The notes beneath the pieces were generated by a model, which had not been told where the DNA came from, did no database searches, and saw only the letters and a program-made list of their open reading frames with translations. The position numbers and the translations under genes were made by a program. A stretch of DNA of 64,000 nt from an uncultured Acidimicrobiaceae bacterium (GTDB taxonomy: Bacteria > Actinomycetota > Acidimicrobiia > Acidimicrobiales > Salinilacustritrichaceae). This document shows, piece after piece, positions 18,142 to 27,947 of the stretch (position 1 is the first letter of the stretch; each line of letters opens with the position of its first letter). The stretch spans positions 2,354 to 66,353 of the forward strand of contig CAVPHU010000004.1 in assembly GCA_963704815.1 (NCBI GenBank), written 5' to 3'.

Positions 18142-19610
18142 ACCGGCAGATCGCTCGCCTCGGAACCGCGCTCCTCGTGGCCTATGGGTTGCTGTTCATC
18201 CAGCTCAACTGGCTCAGCGTCTTCAACGCCCAGGAGCTCAAGGACAACCCCGAGAACTCACGCGAGATCCTCCGCACGTTCGACGGCCCGCGTGGCACCA
18301 TCTCGTCGGCTGACGGCGCACTCCTGGCTCAGACCGTCGCTTCGGCCCCCGGTGACCGGTTCGAGACCCAGCGGGTGTACCCCGAAGGCGATCTGTTCGC
18401 CCACTCGGTCGGGTTCTTCACGCTCAACCTCGGGTCGTCCGGTGTCGAGCGGTTCTACAACGACGAGTTGGCCGGCGAGACCGACGAGTTGGTGTTCGAG
18501 CAGCTCAGCGATCTCTTCGTCAACCGGGTCCGCAACGAAGACCTGACGCTCACCATCCGCAAGGACGTGCAGGAGGTGGCGAAGGCCGCGCTCGGCGAGC
18601 AACAGGGCTCGGTCGTGGCCCTCGACCCGCGTAGCGGCGCCATCCTCGCCATGTGGAGCTTCCCGAGCTTCGATCCCAACCTGCTGGCCGATCACGACAC
18701 CACCACCGCGACCGCCGTCCAGGTCTTCCTCGACGCCAACCCCGAGAAGCCCCTGCTGGCCAAGAGCTACCGCGAGCGCTACTTCCCCGGGTCGACGTTC
18801 AAGGTCATCACCGGCTCGGCCGGAGTGCAGACCGGACGGGTGACCGCCACCGAACCGGTCTTCCCCGTCACCAATGAGTACGTCCCGCCGCAGACCACCC
18901 GCCCCATCAGGAACTTCGGCGGATCGAGCTGTGGTGGCGACCTGTTCCAGATCCTCAGGGTGAGCTGCAACACCGCCTTCGCCGAGATGGGTGCCGAACT
19001 CGTCGGACCCGACCCGATGATCAGCACGGCCGAGGCGTTCGGCTTCAACCGCGACATCCCGATCGATCTCCCCGACCCCGCCACCTCGAACTTCCCGACC
19101 GACTTCGACCAGAACCTCCCGGCGCTCGCCCAGTCCTCGATCGGTCAGAACGACGTGTCGGCGACACCGCTGCAGATGGCGATGACCGCCGGGGCCGTCG
19201 CCAACGACGGACGTGTGATGACTCCGCACGTGCTCGCCGAGGCACGCAACGAAGAGGGCTCGGTCGTCACCACCTTCGAACCATCCGAGTTCCAGCGGGC
19301 CGTGGACGCCCCGACCGCAGCGGTGCTACGCGAGGCCATGGTCGGCGTGGTCGGCCCCGGTGGCACCGCACAGGGCCTGGCCATCGAGGGCTTCGAGGTG
19401 GGCGGCAAGACCGGAACGGCTCAGCTCGGCACCGAGATTCCGTCGTCCCATGCCTGGATCATCGGATTCGCCGGTCCGCCGGGTCAGCCGGCCGAGGTGG
19501 CCGTTGCGGTCATCGTCGAAGGTCAACCCGGAGCCAGCGAGCAGACGGGGGGTCGGGTGGCGGCACCGATCGCTCGGGCCGTGCTGGTCCAGGCGCTCCA
19601 ACCGCTCTGA
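18138..19610 (+). CDS. pbpA: Penicillin-binding protein A (class B transpeptidase)
   Basis: MNRQIARLGTALLVAYGLLF signal anchor. Motifs STFK (GSTFKVITG), SCN and KTGTA. The ATG overlaps the rodA stop (ATGA). Confidence 0.9.
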   Translation: MNRQIARLGTALLVAYGLLFIQLNWLSVFNAQELKDNPENSREILRTFDGPRGTISSADGALLAQTVASAPGDRFETQRVYPEGDLFAHSVGFFTLNLGSSGVERFYNDELAGETDELVFEQLSDLFVNRVRNEDLTLTIRKDVQEVAKAALGEQQGSVVALDPRSGAILAMWSFPSFDPNLLADHDTTTATAVQVFLDANPEKPLLAKSYRERYFPGSTFKVITGSAGVQTGRVTATEPVFPVTNEYVPPQTTRPIRNFGGSSCGGDLFQILRVSCNTAFAEMGAELVGPDPMISTAEAFGFNRDIPIDLPDPATSNFPTDFDQNLPALAQSSIGQNDVSATPLQMAMTAGAVANDGRVMTPHVLAEARNEEGSVVTTFEPSEFQRAVDAPTAAVLREAMVGVVGPGGTAQGLAIEGFEVGGKTGTAQLGTEIPSSHAWIIGFAGPPGQPAEVAVAVIVEGQPGASEQTGGRVAAPIARAVLVQALQPL

Positions 19611-20196
19611 ACCCAGATCGGGTCCGCCTCACCCAGGCGCGGGAGAGCGCCGCTGACAGTGCGTCGACGAGTTGCGTGAGCTCGGGGTCGTCGAGCGAGA
19701 AGCTCTGCCCAGCGTCTTCGAGGCAGGCGAGCCACAGGGCGCCCCGGGCTTGCGAGGCGACGCACAGACGGCTGACCCCCTGCGACGAGGCTGAGGCCCA
19801 GGAATTCGTCGAGTCCGGGTCCGAGCGCAGTGACCCCGAGATTCGCGGCCCGGTCCGAGCCGCCGAGCGACCACGCACAGGTCCTGATGTCGCCGAAGGG
19901 ATCGACCGATGCCACCGTCTCATCCGACGACACACCGACCGGCTCGGCTTCCTCGAGCAGGAGCCCGAGCTCGTCGAGCATCGAAGAACTCGCAGACCGC
20001 AACCGTCTGCGGATCGAGGGCGGCTCGGACGGTGAGGCGACCGTCGTCGGCGGCAGATCCGAGCTGGGCGATCGTGGTCTCGACCCCGCCGGGATCGCCG
20101 GCGGTCAGCAGGCTCGGCATCGTCGTCCGCGCACGAGGACACGGCCAGGCCGAGCACGACCAGGGCCCCCAACGTTCGAGCACTTCTGACCGCCAT
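19510..20196 (-). pseudogene. Putative lipoprotein, readable only by switching frames about three times
   Basis: Convincing signal/lipobox MAVRSARTLGALVVLGLAVSSC. High-GC3 segments then follow in other frames (PSLLTAGDPGGVETTIAQLG..., MLDELGLLLEEAEPVGV..., ALWLACLEDAGQSFSLDDPELTQLVDAL). Confidence 0.35.
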
Positions 20197-20263
20197 CGGC
20201 CCGAGCGCAGGCGGGGCTGCTGCCTTCACCCACAAGGCGCGCCAGTACGCTTTCGCACCGACG

Positions 20264-22246
20264 ATGAGCGATTCTGAACAGACCGTGTTCGGCGGAAGAT
20301 ACGAGCTTCACCGTCGGCTGGCCCGCGGGGGCATGGCCGACGTCCATCTCGCTCACGACCGACTCCTCGATCGGCCGGTCGCGGTCAAGGTGCTGTTCGC
20401 CCAGTTCGCGTCCGACCCGAGCTTCGTCGAGCGGTTCCGCCGCGAGGCCCAGGCCGCAGCGAATCTCAACCACCCCAACATCGTCGGTGTCTACGACTGG
20501 GGGCAGGAGGGCAACCAGTACTACATCGTGATGGAGTACGTGGACGGTCGGAGCCTCGCCGAGATCCTCCGGGCCGAGGGTGCCCTCCTCCCCGAACGGG
20601 CAGCCGACATCGGAATCGACGTCGCCGCCGCCCTCGGATTCGCCCACCGCAACGGGGTGGTCAATCGTGACGTGAAGCCGGGCAACATCCTCATCTCCAC
20701 CAGCGGGCAGGTGAAGGTGACCGACTTCGGCATCGCCCGGGCCTTCGAGGAGGGGGTGAGCGAGAACCTCACCCAGGCCGGTTCGGTGATGGGGACGGCC
20801 ACCTACTTCTCGCCCGAGCAGGCGCAGGGCAAGGCGGTCGATCCCCGCAGCGACGTCTACTCACTCGGGGTCGTGCTCTACGAGATGGTGTGCGGCCGTC
20901 CGCCGTTCACGGGGGACTCCCCCGTCGCCATCGCCTACAAGCACGTCCAGGAAGCTCCGACGCCGCCTCGCGAGCACAAGCCCGACCTCGACCCGGCGCT
21001 CGACGCCATCGTCCTCAAGGCGATGGCCAAGAGCACCGCCAACCGCTACCCGTCGGCCGAAGACCTGCGGTCCGACCTCCGCCGCTACCGCGAGGGTCAG
21101 CGCGAGCTGCGGGCCGGCGCACCCGTCGGCGCCGCGGCGGCCGCCGCTGCAGCTGCGGCCGCCGCCGCAGGCGCCACGACGGCCATTCCGGCGGTCGCGG
21201 CCGAACCCGACGGCACGCAGCTCGCATCGCTCGACGGCTACGAGGACGACGAGTACCTCGAGGAGCCCCGGCGCAACGGTGTGTTCATCGCCGTGTTGGT
21301 GGTCCTGCTGCTCCTGCTCGTCGGGTTCATCGTCGCATTCGCGCAGCTCTTCGACGGGGGCGACGACGCGGCACCGCTCATCACCGTGCCGAACGTCGTC
21401 GACAAGACCCTCGAGGAGGCCCGGGCCCAGCTCGAGTTGGACGGGTTCGAGGTGGTCACCCAGTTCGAGAAGAACGAGGACCGGCCCACCAACACCGTCT
21501 TCGCCCAGACGCCTGCCGGTGGCGAAAAGGTCGAGGAGGGATCGATCGTCACGCTCAAGATCTCGACGGGCGCGGAGACGGTGCCGATGCCCGAGGTCGT
21601 CGGCAAGACCGAGGCCGATGCCCGCCAGTTCCTCGTCGACGGCGGCTTCACCGGTGAGATCGACACGTCCACGCGCGAGTTCAGCGACGACGTGCCCGAG
21701 GGCGAGGTCATGGCGCAGGATCCTGCCCCCGGGGTCGACGTGCCCAAGGACGCTCCGATCAAGTTGACCGTGTCCGACGGCCCCGAACAGCGTCCGGTGC
21801 CCGACGTGGCCGGCAAGTCAGCGGTCGAGGCCACCTCCGAGCTGGTCAACGCGGGCTTTCAGGTCACCGAGCGAAACGAGTTCTCCGATTCGGTCGCCCA
21901 GGGTGTGGTGATCGGGACCGAGCCTCCTGCGGGCACCCTGCTCGACAAGGATTCTCCGGTCGTGATCCGCATCAGTCAGGGCGTCGAGCAGGTGGTCGTT
22001 CCCCGGGTCGTCGACCTCAGCGAGTCAGAGGCATCGTCGCGCCTGACGACCGCCGGCTTCCGGGTGGCGGTCGAGGACCTGCTGCTCGACGATCCCGACA
22101 GCACCGACGACGGCCAGGTCCTCGAACAGCGGCCCGCCGGGGACACGCAGGCACCCGTGGGTTCGACGGTGACCATCGTCGTGGGTGTTGCACCAGATCC
22201 GCCACCCGATCCTGATGCCCCGACCGACGGCGGAAGTGGCGACTGA
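20264..22246 (+). CDS. pknB: Ser/Thr protein kinase PknB with four extracellular PASTA domains
   Basis: Kinase motifs GGMADVHLA, VAVKVL, HRNGVVNRDVKPGNIL, DFGIAR. One TM (VFIAVLVVLLLLLVGFIVAF). Four PASTA repeats in 21380-22190. Confidence 0.92.
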   Translation: MSDSEQTVFGGRYELHRRLARGGMADVHLAHDRLLDRPVAVKVLFAQFASDPSFVERFRREAQAAANLNHPNIVGVYDWGQEGNQYYIVMEYVDGRSLAEILRAEGALLPERAADIGIDVAAALGFAHRNGVVNRDVKPGNILISTSGQVKVTDFGIARAFEEGVSENLTQAGSVMGTATYFSPEQAQGKAVDPRSDVYSLGVVLYEMVCGRPPFTGDSPVAIAYKHVQEAPTPPREHKPDLDPALDAIVLKAMAKSTANRYPSAEDLRSDLRRYREGQRELRAGAPVGAAAAAAAAAAAAAGATTAIPAVAAEPDGTQLASLDGYEDDEYLEEPRRNGVFIAVLVVLLLLLVGFIVAFAQLFDGGDDAAPLITVPNVVDKTLEEARAQLELDGFEVVTQFEKNEDRPTNTVFAQTPAGGEKVEEGSIVTLKISTGAETVPMPEVVGKTEADARQFLVDGGFTGEIDTSTREFSDDVPEGEVMAQDPAPGVDVPKDAPIKLTVSDGPEQRPVPDVAGKSAVEATSELVNAGFQVTERNEFSDSVAQGVVIGTEPPAGTLLDKDSPVVIRISQGVEQVVVPRVVDLSESEASSRLTTAGFRVAVEDLLLDDPDSTDDGQVLEQRPAGDTQAPVGSTVTIVVGVAPDPPPDPDAPTDGGSGD

Positions 22247-22262
22247 CCGAGCCCTGTCCGCG

Positions 22263-23396
22263 CTACTCCTGGCGCGCCCCGTCGAGCAGGTCGGTGAAGT
22301 TGCCGGCGATGTTGGGCCCGATCACCAACTGCTCGAGCGCGCCGACTCCGTTCTGCGTTCCGCTCTTGCCCATCACCACCTGCTGGACATGCAGGTTCTC
22401 GACCGCGAGGGGGTCGAGATCGGCGGTCTTCCAGGCCTCGGCGGCCATGGCCAGCTCGCCCTTCCAGCACCCGTGATTCCATTCGGGGTGGCGGTACCCG
22501 ATGCCCTTCATGTGGAAGCGGAGCACCGGCTCGAGCTCGATCTCTTTGGTGGTCCCGTCGTGGGCCGTCATGGTGAGCTCGGCGAACCGCGCCCACCGCG
22601 TGCCCGGGAGCCAGTCGATGTCCTGGGTGACGTGATGGAAGTGCTTGGTCCCCGGGTCCGACACACCCGGCACGGCGTCGACGGCGGCATAGGCCGGCAC
22701 GATGGCCGCGTCGGTGTGCCACGGTCGGGCGTCGGGCTCGAGGAACAGCCCGATGTGTGAGCAGTGGTCGTCCCAGTGCATCGGGTTCCAGAGGAACCAG
22801 AAGCCGGCGAAGTCGGTCACCGGAGCGCCGGCCGGGTCGGCCTCGCCCACCGGTCGGATCCCCCACGAACGGTCCTTGACGCCGGTGGTGGAGTCGGCGT
22901 TCACCTCGAGGGTCTGACCCTCGAAGGTGATCTGGCCGGACCAGGTGCCGTACTGCGCGAAGCGGGTGTTGTCGAGGGTGCGCCGGGATCCGGGCTGCCA
23001 GATCTGCCGGCCCTCCTCGACGCAGGCCGTCTTGGCCGTGAACGTCAGATCGGCGGTCACGCCGGTCTCGTTGTCGTCGAGGCTGATGCGGGTCACCAGC
23101 ATCGGCTCCACGACCTCGAGCCGGAACGGACCGATCCGGGTGTCGGACGGATCGGACGGCGCGCGTCCCGAGATGTGGAAGGAGTGCTGAGTGCCGTCGG
23201 TCGTCACGAGGCTCAACGCAGCGTCCAGCACGCCGAGGTGCGGATAGCGGCCCATGGCGACACCGAAGTAGAACTCACCGCCCCGGTCGATGCCGTTGAA
23301 CCAGTAGCGGTCGTAGGCATTGCGGTCGTTGGTGGCCGGCTGAGCGATCGGCTCGGGGGTCTGGTGGATCGGGTAGTCGTCGAACGCGGAAAGCAT
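22263..23396 (-). CDS. Conserved hypothetical protein
   Basis: Long high-GC3 ORF. Start taken at MLSAFDDYPIHQTPEPI. No family recognised with confidence. Confidence 0.6.
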   Translation of the reverse strand: MLSAFDDYPIHQTPEPIAQPATNDRNAYDRYWFNGIDRGGEFYFGVAMGRYPHLGVLDAALSLVTTDGTQHSFHISGRAPSDPSDTRIGPFRLEVVEPMLVTRISLDDNETGVTADLTFTAKTACVEEGRQIWQPGSRRTLDNTRFAQYGTWSGQITFEGQTLEVNADSTTGVKDRSWGIRPVGEADPAGAPVTDFAGFWFLWNPMHWDDHCSHIGLFLEPDARPWHTDAAIVPAYAAVDAVPGVSDPGTKHFHHVTQDIDWLPGTRWARFAELTMTAHDGTTKEIELEPVLRFHMKGIGYRHPEWNHGCWKGELAMAAEAWKTADLDPLAVENLHVQQVVMGKSGTQNGVGALEQLVIGPNIAGNFTDLLDGARQE

Positions 23397-23502
23397 GCAC
23401 CGGACCGTAGGCGAGAACACGCCGATCACGCCGACTCCGTCGTGCTGGTGCACCTCCTGCACCACCAGTGAGCAAGGGTGCCCACCAGGACGGGGAGGTG
23501 CT

Positions 23503-24078
23503 TCAGGCTCGGGCGATGAAGTTCCGGATGAGGTCGTGGCCGGCGGTGGTGAGGATCGACTCGGGGTGGAACTGGACTCCCTCGACGTCGACCTCGCGGT
23601 GGCGTAGCCCCATGATCACGCCATCGTCGGTCTGTGCGGTCACCTCGAGGTCGTCGGGGAGGGTCGCCGGGTCGACGACGAGGCTGTGGTAGCGGGTCGC
23701 CTCGAGTGGGTTGGGAAGCCCGGCGAACACGCCGGTGTCGTGATGACGGACGAGCGATGTCTTGCCGTGCATCACCTGCTTGGCCCGCACGACGTCGCCG
23801 CCGTACACCTCGCCGATGCACTGGTGACCCAGGCACACCCCGAGCACCGGTCGGCGCCCGGCGAACGTGCGAATCACGTCGTTGCTGATGCCTGCATCAT
23901 CGGGTGAACCCGGACCGGGCGAGATGAGCACGGCGTCGGGGTCGAGGTCGACCAGAGCTTCGACCGTGATGGCGTCATGGCGGTGCACGATCGGCTCGGC
24001 CCCGAGCTCACCCAGGTACTGGACGAGGTTGAACACGAACGAGTCGTAGTTGTCGATCACCGCCACCCGGGTTCCCAT
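23503..24078 (-). CDS. trpG: Anthranilate/aminodeoxychorismate synthase component II (class I glutamine amidotransferase)
   Basis: [32 protein letters not shown] (catalytic Cys), [10 protein letters not shown]. Neighbour of pknB as in other actinobacteria. Confidence 0.88.
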   Translation of the reverse strand: MGTRVAVIDNYDSFVFNLVQYLGELGAEPIVHRHDAITVEALVDLDPDAVLISPGPGSPDDAGISNDVIRTFAGRRPVLGVCLGHQCIGEVYGGDVVRAKQVMHGKTSLVRHHDTGVFAGLPNPLEATRYHSLVVDPATLPDDLEVTAQTDDGVIMGLRHREVDVEGVQFHPESILTTAGHDLIRNFIARA

Positions 24079-24153
24079 GGTCCTCCGACGCTATCGGTCG
24101 GGATCGACCGCACGTGAAGTGGATTGGCGCTCGCTCGCGGACTCGGACGTGCG

Positions 24154-25768
24154 TCAGCCGGTCCCGGACGCGGCCCGCACGACCACCTCGAGATCGAGCG
24201 CCGACTCGAGCAGGGCCCGCCGCTCGGTGGCCGCGAACAGCTCGAGCTCGATGTCCTGGTTGGCTTCGGCCCGGGCCGCGATCTCGAGCCATTCGTTCTC
24301 CACCTTCGTCTCGACCCTGCTGACCCGTCCGGCATGGTGACGGTCGAGCCCGATGGCCACTCGGAGGAGCCCAGCCAGGATCTCGACGGTCCGTCGGTCG
24401 TCGGGCGACAGCTCGACGAACTCGGGATGCTTGGCCTTCGGGTGGCTCTTGCGGTGGTAGCGAGCGACGAGGGCGATGAGCTCGATCTCGTGATCGGTGA
24501 AGCCGGTGAGGTGTTCGGAGTTCCGGATCATGTAGTAGCTGTGCTTGTGGTGGCCGGAGTGCGAGATCGCCACGCCGACGTTGGCCAACCGGGCCCCGGC
24601 CTCGAGCAGTTCACGCTCGATCGGGCCGAGCCCGTGGAGTTCGGCCGTCCCGTCGAACAGATCGAGGCACAGGCGAGCCACGTGGGCCGAGTGATCGGCG
24701 TCGTCGTCCATCAGTTCGACCAGGTGCAGCACGCTCTGCCCGCGGCAGGTCTTGCAGGTGGTGGAGCGAGGCGCCGTCGAGCCGCGACGCGAAGTCGAGA
24801 AGCACCCCTTCCCGGAGCGCGTCCTCGCTGATGACGATCTCCTCGATGCCGAACTCGTCGACCACCTGCTCGAGAATGAGCGCACCGGCCACGATGATGT
24901 CGGCCCGTTTGGGCTCGACGCCGGCGATGGCCTGTCGCTCGCGGGCGGTCGGGGCCGCCAGTAGCTTCTTGATCACCCGACGGAGGTCCTTGCGGCCGAC
25001 CGCGAAGTTGTTGAAGGTCTTGGGTGCCTCACCGTGACGGGCCGCCGCGATGGCCGCGAGGCATTCGATGGTGCCCGAACTCCCGACGGCGACTTCGAAC
25101 CCCAGACGGCGGACCTCGGCGGCGAACGGCAGCAGCTCCGAACGGATGTGACGGCGACACTCCTCGACGGCCTCGGGGTCGAGCGGCTCGTCGGCGAGGA
25201 ACCTCCGGGTGAGTCTGATCGCACCGAGACGCAGACTGCGGCTCGCCAGGACGTCGTGACCGGCACCGACCACGAGTTCGGTCGAGCCACCGCCGATGTC
25301 GCACAGCAGGACCCGCTTGTCGCCGAGTGGGACCGCGTTGCGGATGCCCACGTGGATGAGGCGGGCCTCCTCGAAGCCCGAGACCACCTCGACGTGGAGG
25401 CCGGACTCGGCCCAGGCCCGGTCGATGAAGTCGAGCCGGTTCTCGGCCTCTCGCACCGCGCTGGTGGCGACGGCGGTGACCCGGGCGCCGCGGGACTCGG
25501 CGATCTGGCTCATGCGGGTGAGCGCCGCCACGCCACGGTCGATGGCATCGGGCTCGAGACGCTTCATGTCGCCCCCGCCGGAGCCGAGCCTGACCATCTC
25601 CTTCTCCTTGTCGATCACGTCGATCCGGCCCTGCTCGTCGACCCGGGCGACGATCATGTGGACCGAGTTGGTACCGATGTCGATGGCGGCGAGGACGTCG
25701 TCGGTCACCCGCCAAGTATCGTCCACCACCGTGACACCCCTCGACACGCTCCACGACGACGCCCCCAC
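24154..25768 (-). CDS. ppx: Ppx/GppA-family exopolyphosphatase with C-terminal HD domain. One frame break near 24740 (CCC run at 24739-24741).
   Basis: N-terminal LAAIDIGTNSVHMIVA, DIGGGSTEL. After ...ALREGVLLDFASRLDGASLHHLQDLPR the protein continues in another frame: QSVLHLVELMDDDADHSAHVARLCLDLFD...HHKHSYYMI. Confidence 0.8.
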
Positions 25769-25792
25769 CGTTCCGGCAACCGGAGTTCGCTG

Positions 25793-26080
25793 ATGGCACG
25801 GCCGAAGAAGTCAGGCGGACGAGTGACGCCCAAGGGCACCGGATCGAAGAAGGCGTCGGTGCCGCCCCCCTCGAGTCGCTACACGCCGCCGGTCCCGATC
25901 GAGATGAAGGTCTCGCCGAAGTGGATCCCGATCCTGATGTTCGCCCTGCTCGGGTTGGGGACGCTCGTGATCTTCCTCAACTACCTCGGGTTGCTGCCCG
26001 GGGCCACCGACAACAAGTACCTGTTGTTGGGTCTGGGCGGCATCCTCGGCGGCATCATCACGGCCACCCAGTTCCACTGA
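25793..26080 (+). CDS. crgA: Cell division protein CrgA
   Basis: MARPKKSGGRVTPKG...SSRYTPPVP..SPKWIPILMFALLGLGTLVIFLNYLGLLPG...LLLGLGGILGGIITATQFH: two TMs, typical CrgA. Confidence 0.88.
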   Translation: MARPKKSGGRVTPKGTGSKKASVPPPSSRYTPPVPIEMKVSPKWIPILMFALLGLGTLVIFLNYLGLLPGATDNKYLLLGLGGILGGIITATQFH

Positions 26081-26138
26081 GGACCGACACCGCCCGCCCG
26101 ACGGGGGTTTCCCCAGGTAACCGGTGTCGCCCACAAGG

Positions 26139-26244
26139 TTGTCCACAGATCCTGTGGACACTGGGGACAACGGGGGGAACAGCTCCGAAAGCGAAAGTTA
26201 CATCCGTGTGACCTTCCCCAACGCTGTCCACAGGGTGTGGACAG
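26139..26244. promoter_or_regulatory. Cluster of DnaA-box-like 9-mers arranged as two palindromes (TGTCCACA-N5-TGTGGACA and TGTCCACA-N3-TGTGGACA)
   Basis: TTGTCCACA at 26139-26147, TGTGGACAC at 26153-26161, CTGTCCACA at 26224-26232, TGTGGACAG at 26236-26244. A weaker GGGGACAAC sits at 26163-26171. Confidence 0.55.
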
Positions 26245-26257
26245 CCCCGAACGGCCC

Positions 26258-26584
26258 TCAGAGGTCGTCGATCGGCGTCACCAGGTCCATCTCGTCCATG
26301 CAGTGCCGGGGTGGCTCGGGCACCTGGTCGTTGGCCGAGGTCATCCGGACCTCGGTGCCGCAGATCGGGCACCGGTAGGTCAGTCGGACCTTGCGCAGTT
26401 CGCCTGGCGGCGGCGGCTCGGGGATGGGCCGCGCCATCCCGCCGAGCATGGCGAACCCCATCCGGAAGATCGCATAGCCGGCGATCGTCGCCACCAGGAC
26501 CGCGCCTGCCGATGCAGACGTGAAGACAAGCGCCAGCACGCCGGCGACGATCGCGCCCGCCAACAACGCGGGGTGGTTCCTCAC
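26258..26584 (-). CDS. Small membrane protein with C-terminal zinc-ribbon-like motif
   Basis: Two TM segments, then YRCPICGTEV...PPRHC. Start placed at the GTG at 26584 because the upstream ATG lies inside a repeat hairpin. Confidence 0.55.
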   Translation of the reverse strand: MRNHPALLAGAIVAGVLALVFTSASAGAVLVATIAGYAIFRMGFAMLGGMARPIPEPPPPGELRKVRLTYRCPICGTEVRMTSANDQVPEPPRHCMDEMDLVTPIDDL

Positions 26585-26598
26585 GGGGACGACCCTAT

Positions 26599-26635
26599 GG
26601 AGCTGCGCGGAGAGGGCCAAGTTTCGCAGCTCCCC
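26599..26635. repeat. Hairpin repeat family 3 (GGAGCTGCG-N17-CGCAGCTCC), copy 1
   Basis: About 90% identical to 63055-63091. On the minus strand it is followed about 15 nt later by GTGAG (gene start). Confidence 0.85.
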
Positions 26636-26662
26636 GCCGGACCGGAGGGGCGCCGGGGTGAC

Positions 26663-27853
26663 TTACGAGAGCACCTCGATGATCGTGGCGTTGGCGAGAC
26701 CGCCACCCTCGCACATGGTCTGGAGGCCGTAGCGGCCGCCGGTGCGCTCGAGCTCGTTGAGGAGCGTGGCCATGAGCTTGGCGCCGGAGCAGCCGAGCGG
26801 GTGACCGAGGGCGATGGCACCGCCGTTCACGTTGACCTTGCTCATGTCGGGGTTGTGCTCCTTCTCCCATGCGAGCACGACCGAGGCGAACGCCTCGTTG
26901 ACCTCGAACAGGTCGATGTCGTCGATGCCGAGACCCGACTTCTCGAGCGCCTTGGCGGTCGACGGGATCGGACCGGTGAGCATGGTGATCGGGTCGACGC
27001 CGGCGAGGGCGAAGGTGTGGAACCTGGCCCGGGGCTTGAGGCCCAGCTCCTTGGCCTTCTCCTCGGTCATGATCAACATGGCCGACGCCCCATCGGTGAT
27101 CTGGCTCGAGTTGCCCGCGGTGACCTTGCCGTCGGGCTTGAAGGCCGGCTTCAGCTTGCTGAGGCTCTCAGCCGTGGTGTCGCGACGGATGCCCTCGTCG
27201 GCGGTGACCATCTCGTCGGACTCGATGAGGTCGCCGGTCTCCTTGTCGAGACGCTTCTCCTTTACGGCGACGATCTCGTTGTCGAAACGACCCTCGTCGG
27301 TGGCGACGGCGGCCCGCTGCTGGCTCTGGGCGCCGAACGCATCGAGGTCTTCGCGGCTGAGGCCCCACTTGTCGGCGATCATCTCGGCCGAGATTCCCTG
27401 GGGCACGATGCCACCGACATCGGCGTAGCGCTCCATGACCGCAGGACCGAACGGGAAGCTGCCGGGAGTGATCGAGGCACCCATCGGCGTGGTCGACATG
27501 ACCTCGACGCCGGCGGCGATGGCGATGTCGTATGCACCGGCCATGACCCCCTGGGCTGCGAAGTGGGCCGACTGCTGCGACGAACCGCACTGGCGGTCGA
27601 CGGTGGTGGCGGGCACCGACTCGGGGAACCCGGCGGCGAGCACGGCGTTGCGGCCGATGTTCAGGCCCTGGCTCCCGACCTGCATGACACAGCCCATGAT
27701 GACGTCGTCGATCGTGGCGGGATCGAGGCTGTTGCGCTCGGCCAGCGCCTTGAGCACCTCACCGGCGAGGTCGGCGGGGTGCCAGCCCGAGAGCTTTCCG
27801 AAACGCTTGCCTCCGGCGGTGCGGATGGCGTCGACGATCACTGCGGTGGCCAT
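26663..27853 (-). CDS. Acetyl-CoA C-acetyltransferase (thiolase II family)
   Basis: MATAVIVDAIRTAGGKRFG, active-site context VDRQCGSSQQ, C-terminal NVNGGAIALGHPLGCSGAKL...CEGGG. Confidence 0.9.
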   Translation of the reverse strand: MATAVIVDAIRTAGGKRFGKLSGWHPADLAGEVLKALAERNSLDPATIDDVIMGCVMQVGSQGLNIGRNAVLAAGFPESVPATTVDRQCGSSQQSAHFAAQGVMAGAYDIAIAAGVEVMSTTPMGASITPGSFPFGPAVMERYADVGGIVPQGISAEMIADKWGLSREDLDAFGAQSQQRAAVATDEGRFDNEIVAVKEKRLDKETGDLIESDEMVTADEGIRRDTTAESLSKLKPAFKPDGKVTAGNSSQITDGASAMLIMTEEKAKELGLKPRARFHTFALAGVDPITMLTGPIPSTAKALEKSGLGIDDIDLFEVNEAFASVVLAWEKEHNPDMSKVNVNGGAIALGHPLGCSGAKLMATLLNELERTGGRYGLQTMCEGGGLANATIIEVLS

Positions 27854-27947
27854 GAACTGGCTCCTTCAACTTGGGTCACGAGAGAACTAGACCGAGCGGT
27901 CAAGTTCGAGTCTTGCGGGTGCCGGACCTCGGCTGCAACCTCGCGGG

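Noticed and set aside
19610-20264. A pknA-like second kinase expected between pbpA and pknB
   Set aside because: No kinase subdomain motifs (GxGxxG, VAIK, HRD, DFG) occur in any of the six frames, and the spacer is too short.
21120-21180. GCC/GCG-rich stretch in pknB (13-residue poly-Ala)
   Set aside because: It is an in-frame low-complexity juxtamembrane linker of the kinase, not a separate repeat element.
26139-26244. Chromosomal origin (oriC)
   Set aside because: There is no dnaA or dnaN flanking, only four to five boxes, no obvious AT-rich unwinding element, and the site lies between convergent genes. It is kept only as a DnaA-box cluster or terminator candidate.
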